Shown one piece after another: positions 34,383-43,929 of a stretch of DNA of 44,018 nucleotides (positions are counted from its first letter, which is position 1; each line of letters opens with the position of its first letter). Below the pieces are notes generated by a model. That model made no database searches. It was not told the origin of the DNA and saw only the letters and a program-made list of their open reading frames with translations. This stretch comes from an uncultured Bacilli bacterium. Lineage in GTDB: Bacteria; Bacillota_I; Bacilli_A; RF39; UBA660. Both the position numbers and the translations under genes were made by a program. Location of the stretch: assembly GCA_947588975.1 (NCBI GenBank), contig CANQAF010000002.1, positions 1 through 44,018 on the forward strand. Direction: 5' to 3'.

Positions 34383-36527
34383 TCATTGACTCTTAAGATC
34401 ATATCCTATTTTGGATTCATCGTTTTTTATACAAGTTTTTATACTGAATTGATTATTTTTGATTTGAAACATAATACTTCCGTTTTGATCTGTTCTATAT
34501 ATATTAGAATTTTTCAAATTTTCTAAAACTTCAAGATCAGGATGACCATACCGATTATTTTCACCTACGCTGATCACTGAATAGTTAGGATGAATCCAAT
34601 TGATAAATTGGTTACTACTACTTGTCTTACTTCCATGGTGCCCAATTTTTAACACATCAATATTACTTAAACGATATGTATTTATTATATCGTTTTCTTT
34701 ATCAATTCCAGCATCCCCCATCAATAAAAATTGATATTGATTAAATTTCATATAAATAACACTACTGTTATCATTTTCATTACCATATATTTTTGTATTT
34801 AAAAAATATAGTTTATGATGATCTATGTTTAACTCACTTAAACAACTATAATAAGGAATTTGTTTATTTTTTAATACTTTGAGTAATTCTTCTTCTAATT
34901 CATTTCGTTCACCACAATTTAAAATTACTTTTTTGACTTTAAAATGATTCACTAAATCAATAGCAGCACCCATATGGTCATAATCTCCATGTGTTAATAT
35001 AAGATAATCCAAGTGATGGATCCCAACTGATTTCATATAAGGAATTAAGGTAGATTCCGCAAGTGTCATATTGTTTCTTTTTTTCCATGTTTCATGTTCA
35101 TAATTTAAAATACCACCTGTATCAATTAAAATATTTCCTCTTTGATTAGGAAACATCACAAGTGTAGAATCTCCTTGACCTACATCTAACATTGTAACTG
35201 TGAAATGGCAATTGAAAAAAGCGATAAAATAATAAAAAACTAGAAACAATATTAAGCAAAGAAATGGTTTTCGTTTTTTGAGTAACCAACATTTTAATGT
35301 ATAAAGAATCCATAATAATATAATCGGTAATAAAATAGATGGATAATCGGAAAATGGTACTATAAAAAAGGTTATATGATTTGTTATATCAATCATCGTT
35401 TCTAATATGATTTGGAAAAATGTAAAAATAGGTCGTAACCAAGGAATCCAAACAGAAAAAAAACAAATTGGAAATAACAAAATTGATACAAATGGTACAA
35501 ACAATATATTCCAAATAGGTGCTAAAAAATTTATGGTAAAAAAGGAATGAATTAAAATAGGAACACCCATCCAAAAAGAAATCCATGAAGTTTGCCATAA
35601 CTGCTTTATGTATGATTGTTTTGTTTGAAAACGGCTTAAATATAGTAAAGAGAAACTAATCGTAAAACTAAATACAAAGCCCAAGTGATACACATAAAAT
35701 GGATTATAAATTAACATTCCTAATGCAATACCTATCAGTATCATTAAAGGTTCCCAGTGTAAATGATATATCTTCTTTAATAATAAAATTAAAAAGAAAA
35801 TACTAGCGCGTATGATCGATGGACTAAAATTGGTTAAGAACATATAGAATCCAAGAAAAATTGTCAAAAAAATCCATTCTACTTTTCTATTTTTTACAAT
35901 TTTAGAAAGTATCCATGTCAATATACTTGCTAGTAAATGGATATGCATACCTGAAATTGCGAATAAATGACTAATTCCTAACATCTGAACTTTTTGAAGA
36001 AATGCATCATCCATATTATTAGAATCACCTAATAACAAATAGTAAAAATATTGAGCATTCTTTTGTTTTGCTAATAACTGATAAAATTGATTTTTCCATT
36101 GATATAAAATATTTTTATTTTTGCTTTTTAATTGTATTTGATCGCTATTCATAACCCAATTTATTTTCTTAGATTTTAAGTATTTTTGATAATGAAATAG
36201 ATGAAAATTACGATTTTGCATTGGAAATTTTAATATACCTTTTACCAATATGTGATCCCCAATTTGATATATATGATAAAAATTTTGTTTTTCTTCTTCT
36301 GTTTTAAAATAATAATTTACAAGTATTTTTTCTTTTGCTTTTAGTTCTATTTTTAATTGATCACCATTGATTTGATAGGATAAGATTTTTCCGGTAATGG
36401 ATGTTTCATTTCCTATATATGCACTATGTGTATAAAACAATCGTATCAGAAAAATAAGGATTAAAACAAACCATAATACACTATAATGTAATTTGTTCTT
36501 TAATTTTTTCAAATAATGCATCGCCAA
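34383..36527 (-). CDS. comEC: DNA internalization-related competence protein ComEC/Rec2
   Basis: N-terminal OB/DUF4131 region, polytopic competence domain (GISHLFAISGMHI) and C-terminal metallo-beta-lactamase (MLDVGQGDS, LTHGDYDHMG, GHHGS). The start overlaps the comEA 3' end, so the exact start is uncertain. Confidence 0.9.
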   Translation of the reverse strand: MAMHYLKKLKNKLHYSVLWFVLILIFLIRLFYTHSAYIGNETSITGKILSYQINGDQLKIELKAKEKILVNYYFKTEEEKQNFYHIYQIGDHILVKGILKFPMQNRNFHLFHYQKYLKSKKINWVMNSDQIQLKSKNKNILYQWKNQFYQLLAKQKNAQYFYYLLLGDSNNMDDAFLQKVQMLGISHLFAISGMHIHLLASILTWILSKIVKNRKVEWIFLTIFLGFYMFLTNFSPSIIRASIFFLILLLKKIYHLHWEPLMILIGIALGMLIYNPFYVYHLGFVFSFTISFSLLYLSRFQTKQSYIKQLWQTSWISFWMGVPILIHSFFTINFLAPIWNILFVPFVSILLFPICFFSVWIPWLRPIFTFFQIILETMIDITNHITFFIVPFSDYPSILLPIILLWILYTLKCWLLKKRKPFLCLILFLVFYYFIAFFNCHFTVTMLDVGQGDSTLVMFPNQRGNILIDTGGILNYEHETWKKRNNMTLAESTLIPYMKSVGIHHLDYLILTHGDYDHMGAAIDLVNHFKVKKVILNCGERNELEEELLKVLKNKQIPYYSCLSELNIDHHKLYFLNTKIYGNENDNSSVIYMKFNQYQFLLMGDAGIDKENDIINTYRLSNIDVLKIGHHGSKTSSSNQFINWIHPNYSVISVGENNRYGHPDLEVLENLKNSNIYRTDQNGSIMFQIKNNQFSIKTCIKNDESKIGYDLKSQ

Positions 36528-37176
36528 TTCCTTTGATTTCTTTTAATTCTTCAATGGATGAAAATGGCTTTTTGGTTCGGTATTCTATAATGGTTTTTGC
36601 TTTACTTGCTCCAATTCCTGGTAATGTTTCTAATTGTTCTTGCGTAGCATTATTAATAGATATTTTTTGGGATGAAGAAGGTAGCTCATTTTCTTGACTA
36701 GATTCCATACATGCATCATTGATAGAATCAGGACATGTACATTCAGGTTCAACATATACATATTCTATTTTAGTTTGGGCTTCATTTAAAGCTGCAATTT
36801 GCTCTTTTGTATATATAATGATTACCATTTCATCTGTTACATGCTTACTTAAATTAATTCTAGATAAATCTGCATTTTCAAGTGTACCACCAGCTTGATA
36901 AATAACATCATTAACTCTAGAACCTTCGCGCATCTCATATACACCTGGTGATGATACTGCTCCTTTAATATCTACACGAATCACTTCAGGTGTAGTTTGT
37001 TCTATTTTTGGTGTTTCAAAAGTAGCTTGTGTGATTTCTTCTTGAATTTCTCCACTACTAGCTTTTGATTTTGGTATTAAACATACTAAACCAATTAATA
37101 TGACCAAACAACAGGACCCAAAAATACAAATTTCTTTCCGATAATAATAAAAATATCTTCGTAATTTTTCTTTCAT
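36481..37176 (-). CDS. comEA: Competence protein ComEA (membrane-anchored DNA receptor)
   Basis: TM anchor, SLBB-like VDIKGAVSSPGVYEM..GSRVNDVI..AGG and C-terminal helix-hairpin-helix INNATQEQLETLPGIGASKAKTIIEYR...F.SIEELKEIKGIG. GAGGAGGTG RBS. Confidence 0.85.
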   Translation of the reverse strand: MKEKLRRYFYYYRKEICIFGSCCLVILIGLVCLIPKSKASSGEIQEEITQATFETPKIEQTTPEVIRVDIKGAVSSPGVYEMREGSRVNDVIYQAGGTLENADLSRINLSKHVTDEMVIIIYTKEQIAALNEAQTKIEYVYVEPECTCPDSINDACMESSQENELPSSSQKISINNATQEQLETLPGIGASKAKTIIEYRTKKPFSSIEELKEIKGIGDALFEKIKEQITL

Positions 37177-37228
37177 AATTCACCTCCTCACTGTTATTAT
37201 AGAAAATAAATTGGATAAATCCTTTTTC

Positions 37229-37261
37229 AAAAAAAAAGAATCTTGAAAAATCAAGATTCTT
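37229..37261 (-). terminator. Rho-independent terminator
   Basis: On the minus strand, AAGAATCTTGA-TTTT-TCAAGATTCTT followed by TTTTTTT. It separates the 114-aa ORF from comEA. Confidence 0.75.
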
Positions 37262-37262
37262 T

Positions 37263-37607
37263 TTAAATCCATTTCGTAGTAGAAGTGGATTTCATCTCAT
37301 CTTTAATATAATCATGATAAAGAGCAATAATATCTGCTGCATCTTCAAATATCATAGAAGTTCCATTCATATCGTAATTTTGGACCATTTGATAAAAATG
37401 TTTGGTCGTTAAATAGACATACATGACTTGATCTAATTGTCTTGCCATTGTTAATGCTTTTTTATCATCAGGGTTCATTCCGAAGATAAATTCTTGATAA
37501 ATATTGATTAACTTTTCTGTAACATAATCATAAGTTGGGTAGTGAAAATTAATAATGAAATCATAATACTTACAACATACAAGCACTGCTTCCATTTGTG
37601 TTTTCAT
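37263..37607 (-). CDS. Hypothetical cytoplasmic protein (114 aa)
   Basis: The ORF starts 11 nt after rseP, with AAGGAGAA immediately upstream of the ATG, and is followed by a strong terminator. No recognised motif. Confidence 0.55.
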   Translation of the reverse strand: MKTQMEAVLVCCKYYDFIINFHYPTYDYVTEKLINIYQEFIFGMNPDDKKALTMARQLDQVMYVYLTTKHFYQMVQNYDMNGTSMIFEDAADIIALYHDYIKDEMKSTSTTKWI

Positions 37608-37618
37608 TTCATTCTCCT

Positions 37619-38659
37619 TTAGTGAAATAAGCGAAGTATATCATTATATGTAATCACAAGCATCAATATCATTAAAAAGATAAAACCAATGCTATGAATT
37701 GTATTTTCCAATTTAGGATTTACACGGCTTCCCTTTATTTTTTCAATGATTAAAAATAGTAATCTTCCTCCATCGAATGCCGGAAGCGGTATAAAGTTGA
37801 TAAATCCAACATTGATACATAAATATGCAATTAAATAAAGTAAATTTAAAAATCCTGCTTTTGCGGTTTCTCCTACTATACTAAAAATACCAATTGGACC
37901 TGCTAAATTATCTAGACTTAATTTACCTGTAAACAAATATCCAATAATCATTGTCATTTGTTCTATTAAACTTCCAGTTTTGACAAAAGCATAACGAATT
38001 GCAGGAACAATCCCTTTTTCTACTGTATTTTGTAATGAAAATCCATAGCGATAACTAGACACTCCATCTTCTTCTACTAAAGTAGGTTGTAACGTAACAG
38101 TTTCACTTGTTCCATTGATATGTTGCACTGTTACTTTTAATGTCTCGCCTGCATATACCTGCATTTCTAGAAGTAATCGATCAATTGAATGAATGGATTT
38201 TCCATTGATTTTGGTAATTAAATCTCCTGAGGTAACTGATGTTTGTGCGATTGGATAACTAGATTCTACTGTATCAATATAAGGTTTTGTAGAAGGTGTA
38301 CCATTTATGCATGCAACAATAAATAATAAAATAATTGCCAATAAAAAATTAAATAGGATCCCTGCAATAATCGTAGAAAAGCGTTGAATCCATGTTTTAT
38401 TACATAATTGTTTTTCTTTTGGAATTTGGTCATCTGCTTCTAAATCTTCACCAGCCATACTTACAAATCCACCAATAGGAAGCAGACGAATGGAATAAGT
38501 TGTTTCATCACCTTTACGATTCCAATGAAAAATACGAGGTCCCATTCCAATTGAAAATTCGTATACATAAACACCCGCTTTTTTTGCAAAAAGGAAATGT
38601 CCAAATTCGTGGATCATAACGGTTATGCCTAAAACTAAAATAAAATATATGAGTGTCAT
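37619..38659 (-). CDS. rseP: RIP site-2 zinc metalloprotease RseP/RasP
   Basis: HEFGHF zinc motif, central PDZ, and C-terminal NLLPLPALDGG-type motif (NFIPLPAFDGGRL). Confidence 0.9.
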   Translation of the reverse strand: MTLIYFILVLGITVMIHEFGHFLFAKKAGVYVYEFSIGMGPRIFHWNRKGDETTYSIRLLPIGGFVSMAGEDLEADDQIPKEKQLCNKTWIQRFSTIIAGILFNFLLAIILLFIVACINGTPSTKPYIDTVESSYPIAQTSVTSGDLITKINGKSIHSIDRLLLEMQVYAGETLKVTVQHINGTSETVTLQPTLVEEDGVSSYRYGFSLQNTVEKGIVPAIRYAFVKTGSLIEQMTMIIGYLFTGKLSLDNLAGPIGIFSIVGETAKAGFLNLLYLIAYLCINVGFINFIPLPAFDGGRLLFLIIEKIKGSRVNPKLENTIHSIGFIFLMILMLVITYNDILRLFH

Positions 38660-38672
38660 AAGTGCCTCTTTT

Positions 38673-39473
38673 CTATATGATAGAAATAAAAAACATAAAT
38701 CCTAAAGTTACAAAAATAAGACTATCTAAACGATCTAATATTCCACCATGTCCTGGCATAATGTTTGAAAAATCTTTTACACCATAATATCGTTTGATTG
38801 CCGAAAATACTAAATCACCAAATTGGCCTAATAATGATAAAAAGAGTGTTATTGGTATTAAAATTGTTAATGATAGACTTGGATCAACTACAACATGATA
38901 AAATACAGTTGCAATGATTACCCCAAAAATAGTTCCACCAATAGTGCCTTCCCATGTTTTATTTGGGGAGATATCTGTTAATAATGGATATTTTCCAATT
39001 AATTGACCAACAATCAAAGCATAAGTATCTGTAATAATTGTAATAATTGCCAAATATAGTAATAAGTTCATATTATAGTTTCGTAATGCAATAATTAAAG
39101 AAAAACTGGTCCCAAGAAAAAAGATTCCACCAATTAAATAAAAAGCATCTACAATACTATATATTTTTGAATCATGGTATAAAACTGTAGGAAGCAATAG
39201 CACTAAAAATAATCCTGCAATTACACGATAGTCAATACTAAATATGAGATGATCAGCTGTCATATTGAGTAATACTAAAAATGTTAGTGCCATATATGAA
39301 ATAAAATTTACAAAAATTGGTAATTCATTTTTAGATTCTTTTGTTTTTAAAAATTCCCTAAGTCCTAAAATAGATAATAAATAGATTGTAATTGTAAAAG
39401 GCAATCCACCTATTAAATAAATAGGTATCATGATTAAGAGTGCAACCACTGCACTTAAGATTCTTTGTATCAT
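38673..39473 (-). CDS. cdsA: Phosphatidate cytidylyltransferase
   Basis: C-terminal signature SAIKRYYGVKDFSNIMPGHGGILDRLDS. Polytopic. cdsA-rseP synteny. Confidence 0.9.
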   Translation of the reverse strand: MIQRILSAVVALLIMIPIYLIGGLPFTITIYLLSILGLREFLKTKESKNELPIFVNFISYMALTFLVLLNMTADHLIFSIDYRVIAGLFLVLLLPTVLYHDSKIYSIVDAFYLIGGIFFLGTSFSLIIALRNYNMNLLLYLAIITIITDTYALIVGQLIGKYPLLTDISPNKTWEGTIGGTIFGVIIATVFYHVVVDPSLSLTILIPITLFLSLLGQFGDLVFSAIKRYYGVKDFSNIMPGHGGILDRLDSLIFVTLGFMFFISII

Positions 39474-39597
39474 AGTTCACCACCATACTCTTATATTATA
39501 TTATAGTATAAATTCTATTAATATACAAGTATAAAGAGATTTCTCTTCTTATTTATGCTTAAATTTTGCCCAATAAAAAAAGAAAAGAGAATATTCT

Positions 39598-40590
39598 CTA
39601 ATCTTCCGCTTCTTCCAACATATTTTCAATTAAAATTCCATATCCTTTATTTGGAGAATCGATAACCACATGTGTTACAGCACCTACAATATAATCCCCT
39701 TGTATAATAGTAGAACCACTCATACCTTGCACAACACCACCTGTTTTTTCTAATAATTCTTGATCTGTAATCTCAAATAATATATTTTTGGTTTCTTGAT
39801 TTGGGTTATTATTAACCTTTAATATTTCAATATCATATTCACCAATTTGGTTTCCTTCTACGACAGTCAACATTTGAGCTTTTCCTAATTCTACATCTTC
39901 AAAAGAAGCAACTTGATATAATTTTTTGTTTGGAATTTCACCTGTATATGTTCCAAAAATTCCCTTTTTTGTATTCTCTTCTATGGTACCATTTTGATTT
40001 GAAAAATCAAATTTTGCATTTTTACTTCCTGGTGTTCCTTCGGCACTTCGATCAATACTAGTCACATTTGCGCTAAATATTTTCCCGTCTTTAATTTCTA
40101 AAATTTGTCCAGTTGTTTTTTCAACAATTTCATGTCCTAGGGCACCAAAAATTTTACGATCAGGATCAATAAAACTTAATGTTCCAATTCCTGTTATACT
40201 ATCTTTTACATATAGACCTGTTTTCAATATACCATCTTCTTTTGCAATGGATAGGAATGTTTCTTTTGTTGTTTCTCCTCTTTCAAATGTAATTTCAAGT
40301 TTTAAAGACTGAGACGCATTAATTTTAGTTACCATGTCATCAATATTTTCTACAACTACTCCATTAATTTTTAATATTTTATCGCCTATTTTAAGTCCCG
40401 CATCCGTTGCAGGATATGTACCATTTACTTCATATACACCTACTACCATAATTCCTTTTGATGTAATTTGAATCCCGATATTTTCACCACCTGGAATTAA
40501 GTATTTTGAATAAGCGAAAACAGAATATGGCATAATAAATAGTGAAAGAAGTAATAAGGCAAACGATTTTTTAAATTTTTTAAAAATCAT
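39598..40590 (-). CDS. spoIVB: SpoIVB peptidase (S55)
   Basis: Signal anchor, PDZ (AGLKIGDKILKINGV) and S55 motifs GIGTLSFIDP...FGALGHEI and QGMSGSTIIQGDYIVGAVTHV. Confidence 0.85.
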   Translation of the reverse strand: MIFKKFKKSFALLLLSLFIMPYSVFAYSKYLIPGGENIGIQITSKGIMVVGVYEVNGTYPATDAGLKIGDKILKINGVVVENIDDMVTKINASQSLKLEITFERGETTKETFLSIAKEDGILKTGLYVKDSITGIGTLSFIDPDRKIFGALGHEIVEKTTGQILEIKDGKIFSANVTSIDRSAEGTPGSKNAKFDFSNQNGTIEENTKKGIFGTYTGEIPNKKLYQVASFEDVELGKAQMLTVVEGNQIGEYDIEILKVNNNPNQETKNILFEITDQELLEKTGGVVQGMSGSTIIQGDYIVGAVTHVVIDSPNKGYGILIENMLEEAED

Positions 40591-40675
40591 TTTATCATCT
40601 CCTTCACCTGCAGACTACATTATTATTATGTGTGTTTTTTATATGGTTATAAAAGAAAAAATACCCAATCAGGTA

Positions 40676-40900
40676 TTAATTGTCAATTACTTCAAATGGT
40701 TCTTCTTCTCCATTTTCTAAAACCATTTTACTTACTTGTTCTTCTACTGTTTTTAATTTTTCATCGCATTCTTTTACAAGTTTCATAGCGGTTGTATATT
40801 TATTGATTGATTCATCTAAATCAATTTCTCCAGTTTCTAATTCATTGATGATTTGTTCTAATTCTTTTATATTTTCTTCAAATTTTTTTGTTTTTTCCAT
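40676..40900 (-). CDS. xseB: Exodeoxyribonuclease VII small subunit
   Basis: KKFEENIKELEQIINELETGEIDLDESINKYTTAMKLVKECDEKL fits the XseB pattern. ATG 40900 is preferred over TTG 40912. It overlaps the xseA 3' end. Confidence 0.85.
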   Translation of the reverse strand: MEKTKKFEENIKELEQIINELETGEIDLDESINKYTTAMKLVKECDEKLKTVEEQVSKMVLENGEEEPFEVIDN

Positions 40901-42167
40901 TTTGTTTTTCAATCCTTTCTATATTCGCATAGATATCGCCATCATAAAGTTTTACCATAATTTGATCTCCCTTTTTTAAAGATGCAATATGGTGTAATAA
41001 AGTGTCATTATGATAAGTTAGAGAATAACCACGTTTTAAAACACTAAGCGGATTTAATAGTTCTAATTTTTCTATGATATTTTTTAACATTTGTTTAGAA
41101 GGCTCATATAGCTGTTTTGGGTTACTCAAAATATAATGTGTTTGTAATTGATATAAAGCATTTTTCTTTCGTTCTACATAACTTTGTATAGATCGTATGA
41201 GTTGTTCATATAATACATCCAATTTTTGTCTTTTATTTTCAAACAATAACATTGGATTTTTAATTGCAAATGAACTTTTAAAGCTTTCTAAATATAGTTT
41301 TTGTATTTTTACTTTTTTTATAATACTTTCATTCAAACGAATATGATATTGTGTTAATTGATGTTTTAAATCTACTAAATTAGGCACTGCTAGTTCAGCA
41401 GCTCCAGTTGGTGTTGGTGCTCTTAAATCGGCTACAAAATCAGCAATGGTATAATCTACTTCATGCCCAACAGCGCTAATGACAGGAATCGTAGATGCAA
41501 AAATGGTTCTAGCAACTTCTTCATCATTGAAACAATTTAAATCTTCAAATGATCCACCACCACGACCTACAATTAACACATCTAATGGATATTCATTTGC
41601 TTGTTTTATTTTTTTTACAATATCTTTTGCAGCATTTTCACCTTGTACTAAACAAGGAAATAAATAAGTTTTACAAAGTGGAAAACGTCTATGAATAGTA
41701 GATAAAATATCACGGATAGCTGCACCCGTAGATGCAGTTACAATCCCAACTTTTTCAGGAATTTTTGGAATTGGTTTTTTGTGTTTTAAATCAAATAAGC
41801 CTTCTTGTTCTAGTTTCTTTTTTAATTGTTCAAAAGCAATATACAGGTTTCCTACTCCATCTTCAAGCATATCTTCCACATATATTTGATAATTTCCTGT
41901 TGCTTCATAAACACTAATTGAACCTGTAACCAATACTTTCATTCCTTCTGTTGGTGTAAAATTTAATTTGCTAGTATTCGTTTTAAACATAATGGCATTA
42001 ATTTTACTCGTTTCATCTTTCAAAGAAAAATAGAAATGTCCAGTTGTATGTGATTTAAAATTAGAAATTTCTCCTCTTAAATAAACTTTTCTTAAATTAG
42101 AATCACTATCAAATTTATATTTTAAATAACGAGTGAGCGCAGTAACAGTTAAATACTTTTCTTCCAT
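40878..42167 (-). CDS. xseA: Exodeoxyribonuclease VII large subunit
   Basis: N-terminal OB fold (VYLRGEISNFKSHTTGHFYFSLKD), catalytic core (VGIVTASTGAAIRDI, LIVGRGGGSFEDL, PVISAVGHEVDYTIADFVAD). Confidence 0.9.
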   Translation of the reverse strand: MEEKYLTVTALTRYLKYKFDSDSNLRKVYLRGEISNFKSHTTGHFYFSLKDETSKINAIMFKTNTSKLNFTPTEGMKVLVTGSISVYEATGNYQIYVEDMLEDGVGNLYIAFEQLKKKLEQEGLFDLKHKKPIPKIPEKVGIVTASTGAAIRDILSTIHRRFPLCKTYLFPCLVQGENAAKDIVKKIKQANEYPLDVLIVGRGGGSFEDLNCFNDEEVARTIFASTIPVISAVGHEVDYTIADFVADLRAPTPTGAAELAVPNLVDLKHQLTQYHIRLNESIIKKVKIQKLYLESFKSSFAIKNPMLLFENKRQKLDVLYEQLIRSIQSYVERKKNALYQLQTHYILSNPKQLYEPSKQMLKNIIEKLELLNPLSVLKRGYSLTYHNDTLLHHIASLKKGDQIMVKLYDGDIYANIERIEKQNGKNKKI

Positions 42168-42177
42168 AAATCCTCTT

Positions 42178-42579
42178 TTATTTATTATGATATATTTTAT
42201 CTAATACTCCATTAATCATTTTACGAACACTATCATCACTATACATTTTCGCTAATTCAATAGCCTCATTGATACATACAACATCTGGTGTTTCTGTATA
42301 AAGTAGTTCATATATACCCATACGTAAAATTGCAGAATCTGTATTTCCCAATCGATCAATTGTCCATCCATCTAAATATTGATTGGCAAGTTCATCGATT
42401 TCTTTTTGATAAGTAATAACTCCATATACAATTTCCTTTACAAATTCATTTTCAATTTCGACTACTTCTTTCATGATAGAATCCACATCATAAGACATTT
42501 TATTGTTTTGATAAACATTAATTTGATATAGAATTGTCATTATTTTTTTTCTAAGCTCACTACGATTAAATTGTTCCAT
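42178..42579 (-). CDS. nusB: Transcription antitermination factor NusB
   Basis: About 133 aa. R.LR...MTILYQ start and RL...D..ILR.GIYEL pattern ([20 protein letters not shown]). Confidence 0.85.
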   Translation of the reverse strand: MEQFNRSELRKKIMTILYQINVYQNNKMSYDVDSIMKEVVEIENEFVKEIVYGVITYQKEIDELANQYLDGWTIDRLGNTDSAILRMGIYELLYTETPDVVCINEAIELAKMYSDDSVRKMINGVLDKIYHNK

Positions 42580-42645
42580 GTTCTCACCTCATTCATTTTA
42601 TCATATTTGAATGATTTTTAAAACAAAAAGAGAATTTTTCTCTTT

Positions 42646-43188
42646 TTATATACTCATTAATTCTTGTTCTTTCTCTTTTGCTTTATCATCTACTATTTTA
42701 TTATATTTTTGAATTAATTCTTGAATATCATCTTGTACTGCTTTGATATCATCTTCTGGTAATTCTAAACGTTTACTATCATTCATTCCATCTTGACGAA
42801 TATTACGTAAAGCAATTTTAGCTTCTTCCGCAACGGCTTTAGCCTGTTTTACATATTCTTTTCTTGTTTCTTCTGTTAGTGCGGGAATATTTAAAATAAT
42901 TGTTTCTCCATTATTATTTGGGGTTAAACCTATGTTTGCTTCATATATTCCTTTTTCAATTAAACCAATACTAGAACGGTCAAATGGTTTAATACATAAT
43001 TGACGTGCTTCTGGAATGGAAATTGTGGCAAGTTGCTTTAATGGTGTATCAACACCATAATAAGAAACTGTCACATTATCTAATATTGCTGGATTGGCAC
43101 GACCTGCACGAATATTTAACAATCTTTTATCTAGATTTTCAATCGTACTTTCCATTTTTTGTTCTGTGCTTAATAAAATATCATCCAT
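42646..43188 (-). CDS. frr: Ribosome recycling factor
   Basis: IRAGRANPAILDNVTVSYYG..TPL.QLA.ISIPEAR and LTEE.RKEYVK. A hairpin terminator follows. Confidence 0.95.
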   Translation of the reverse strand: MDDILLSTEQKMESTIENLDKRLLNIRAGRANPAILDNVTVSYYGVDTPLKQLATISIPEARQLCIKPFDRSSIGLIEKGIYEANIGLTPNNNGETIILNIPALTEETRKEYVKQAKAVAEEAKIALRNIRQDGMNDSKRLELPEDDIKAVQDDIQELIQKYNKIVDDKAKEKEQELMSI

Positions 43189-43305
43189 ATTGTCCTCCTA
43201 TATTTTATAGCTTGCTAAAGTATATGTAATTGTTACATCATACTATTAAAATTCTAACATAAAGGTAAAAAAAAAGAAACAGTTTTTATAAAAAAGAGTG
43301 AAAAT

Positions 43306-43929
43306 CTACTTTAAAGTATATTGTTTTTCTTTTAAGTAACTGTTTAATTGATTTAGTGCTTTTTCAGCACTCATTTTTGCTTGTGGTGTATCATAATACC
43401 ACATTTTAGCAAAAGGACTAATTACTCCTCTATTTAAATCTTCTTCATAATATGTAAACATTCCTGTTCTTTGAAATAATTCTTTTACTTGTTCTTGGTT
43501 ATAGTGATATTTAGCAATAAAAAACTGTTTGTACATGCCTTGAGATGTTACTGTTTTTAAAACAGGATCATATGTAATACCCTCTTTTTGAATCCATGAA
43601 TGGTAATATTTTCTTTCTTGATCTATAAAATCAAATTCTCCTTGAATTAATTTCCAACTAGAATTTGCTAAACAAAACAAACTAGAAAGAAAATAACATA
43701 ATGATTGTGAATTATAATGATAATTTCCTTGTATTTCTTTATAATATTTTAAAATAAATGGATCTAGTATTTCTGTGAGATCCAATACTTCATCCACAAT
43801 ATGATCAGAAATATTTGGATGGAATCCAATATAACCACATTCAAAAAGTGATTCTTCTTCACCTGTTAATATTTTTCGAATTTCTTTATAATTCACAACT
43901 TTTTGTTTTTTAATCTCTTCTATACTCAT
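43306..43929 (-). CDS. Hypothetical protein with a possible papain/transglutaminase-like Cys-His-Asp arrangement
   Basis: Clean 207-aa ORF. SLCYFLS (Cys78) ... YYHSWIQKEGITYDP (His110, Asp121) has the spacing seen in transglutaminase-like cysteine peptidase cores. This rests on pattern only. Confidence 0.5.
   Translation of the reverse strand: MSIEEIKKQKVVNYKEIRKILTGEEESLFECGYIGFHPNISDHIVDEVLDLTEILDPFILKYYKEIQGNYHYNSQSLCYFLSSLFCLANSSWKLIQGEFDFIDQERKYYHSWIQKEGITYDPVLKTVTSQGMYKQFFIAKYHYNQEQVKELFQRTGMFTYYEEDLNRGVISPFAKMWYYDTPQAKMSAEKALNQLNSYLKEKQYTLK

Noticed and set aside
1391-43229. The ORF track contains many 60-160-codon ORFs nested in or antisense to larger genes. They are 1391-1627, 1624-1875, 2626-2835, 2832-3020, 3202-3408, 10456-10704, 11288-11473, 12140-12331, 12151-12378, 12353-12541, 13854-14045, 18242-18724, 19535-19876, 19639-19848, 23688-23903, 24258-24464, 24707-24958, 26615-26872, 29131-29445, 32067-32249, 32373-32561, 35389-35598, 40680-40979, 41479-41667, 41732-41917 and 43005-43229.
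   Set aside because: Each lies inside or opposite a gene with clear family motifs. Their products are low-complexity (Phe/Ile/Ser/Leu-rich) as expected for shadow frames. None has a convincing RBS. They are best read as chance open frames.
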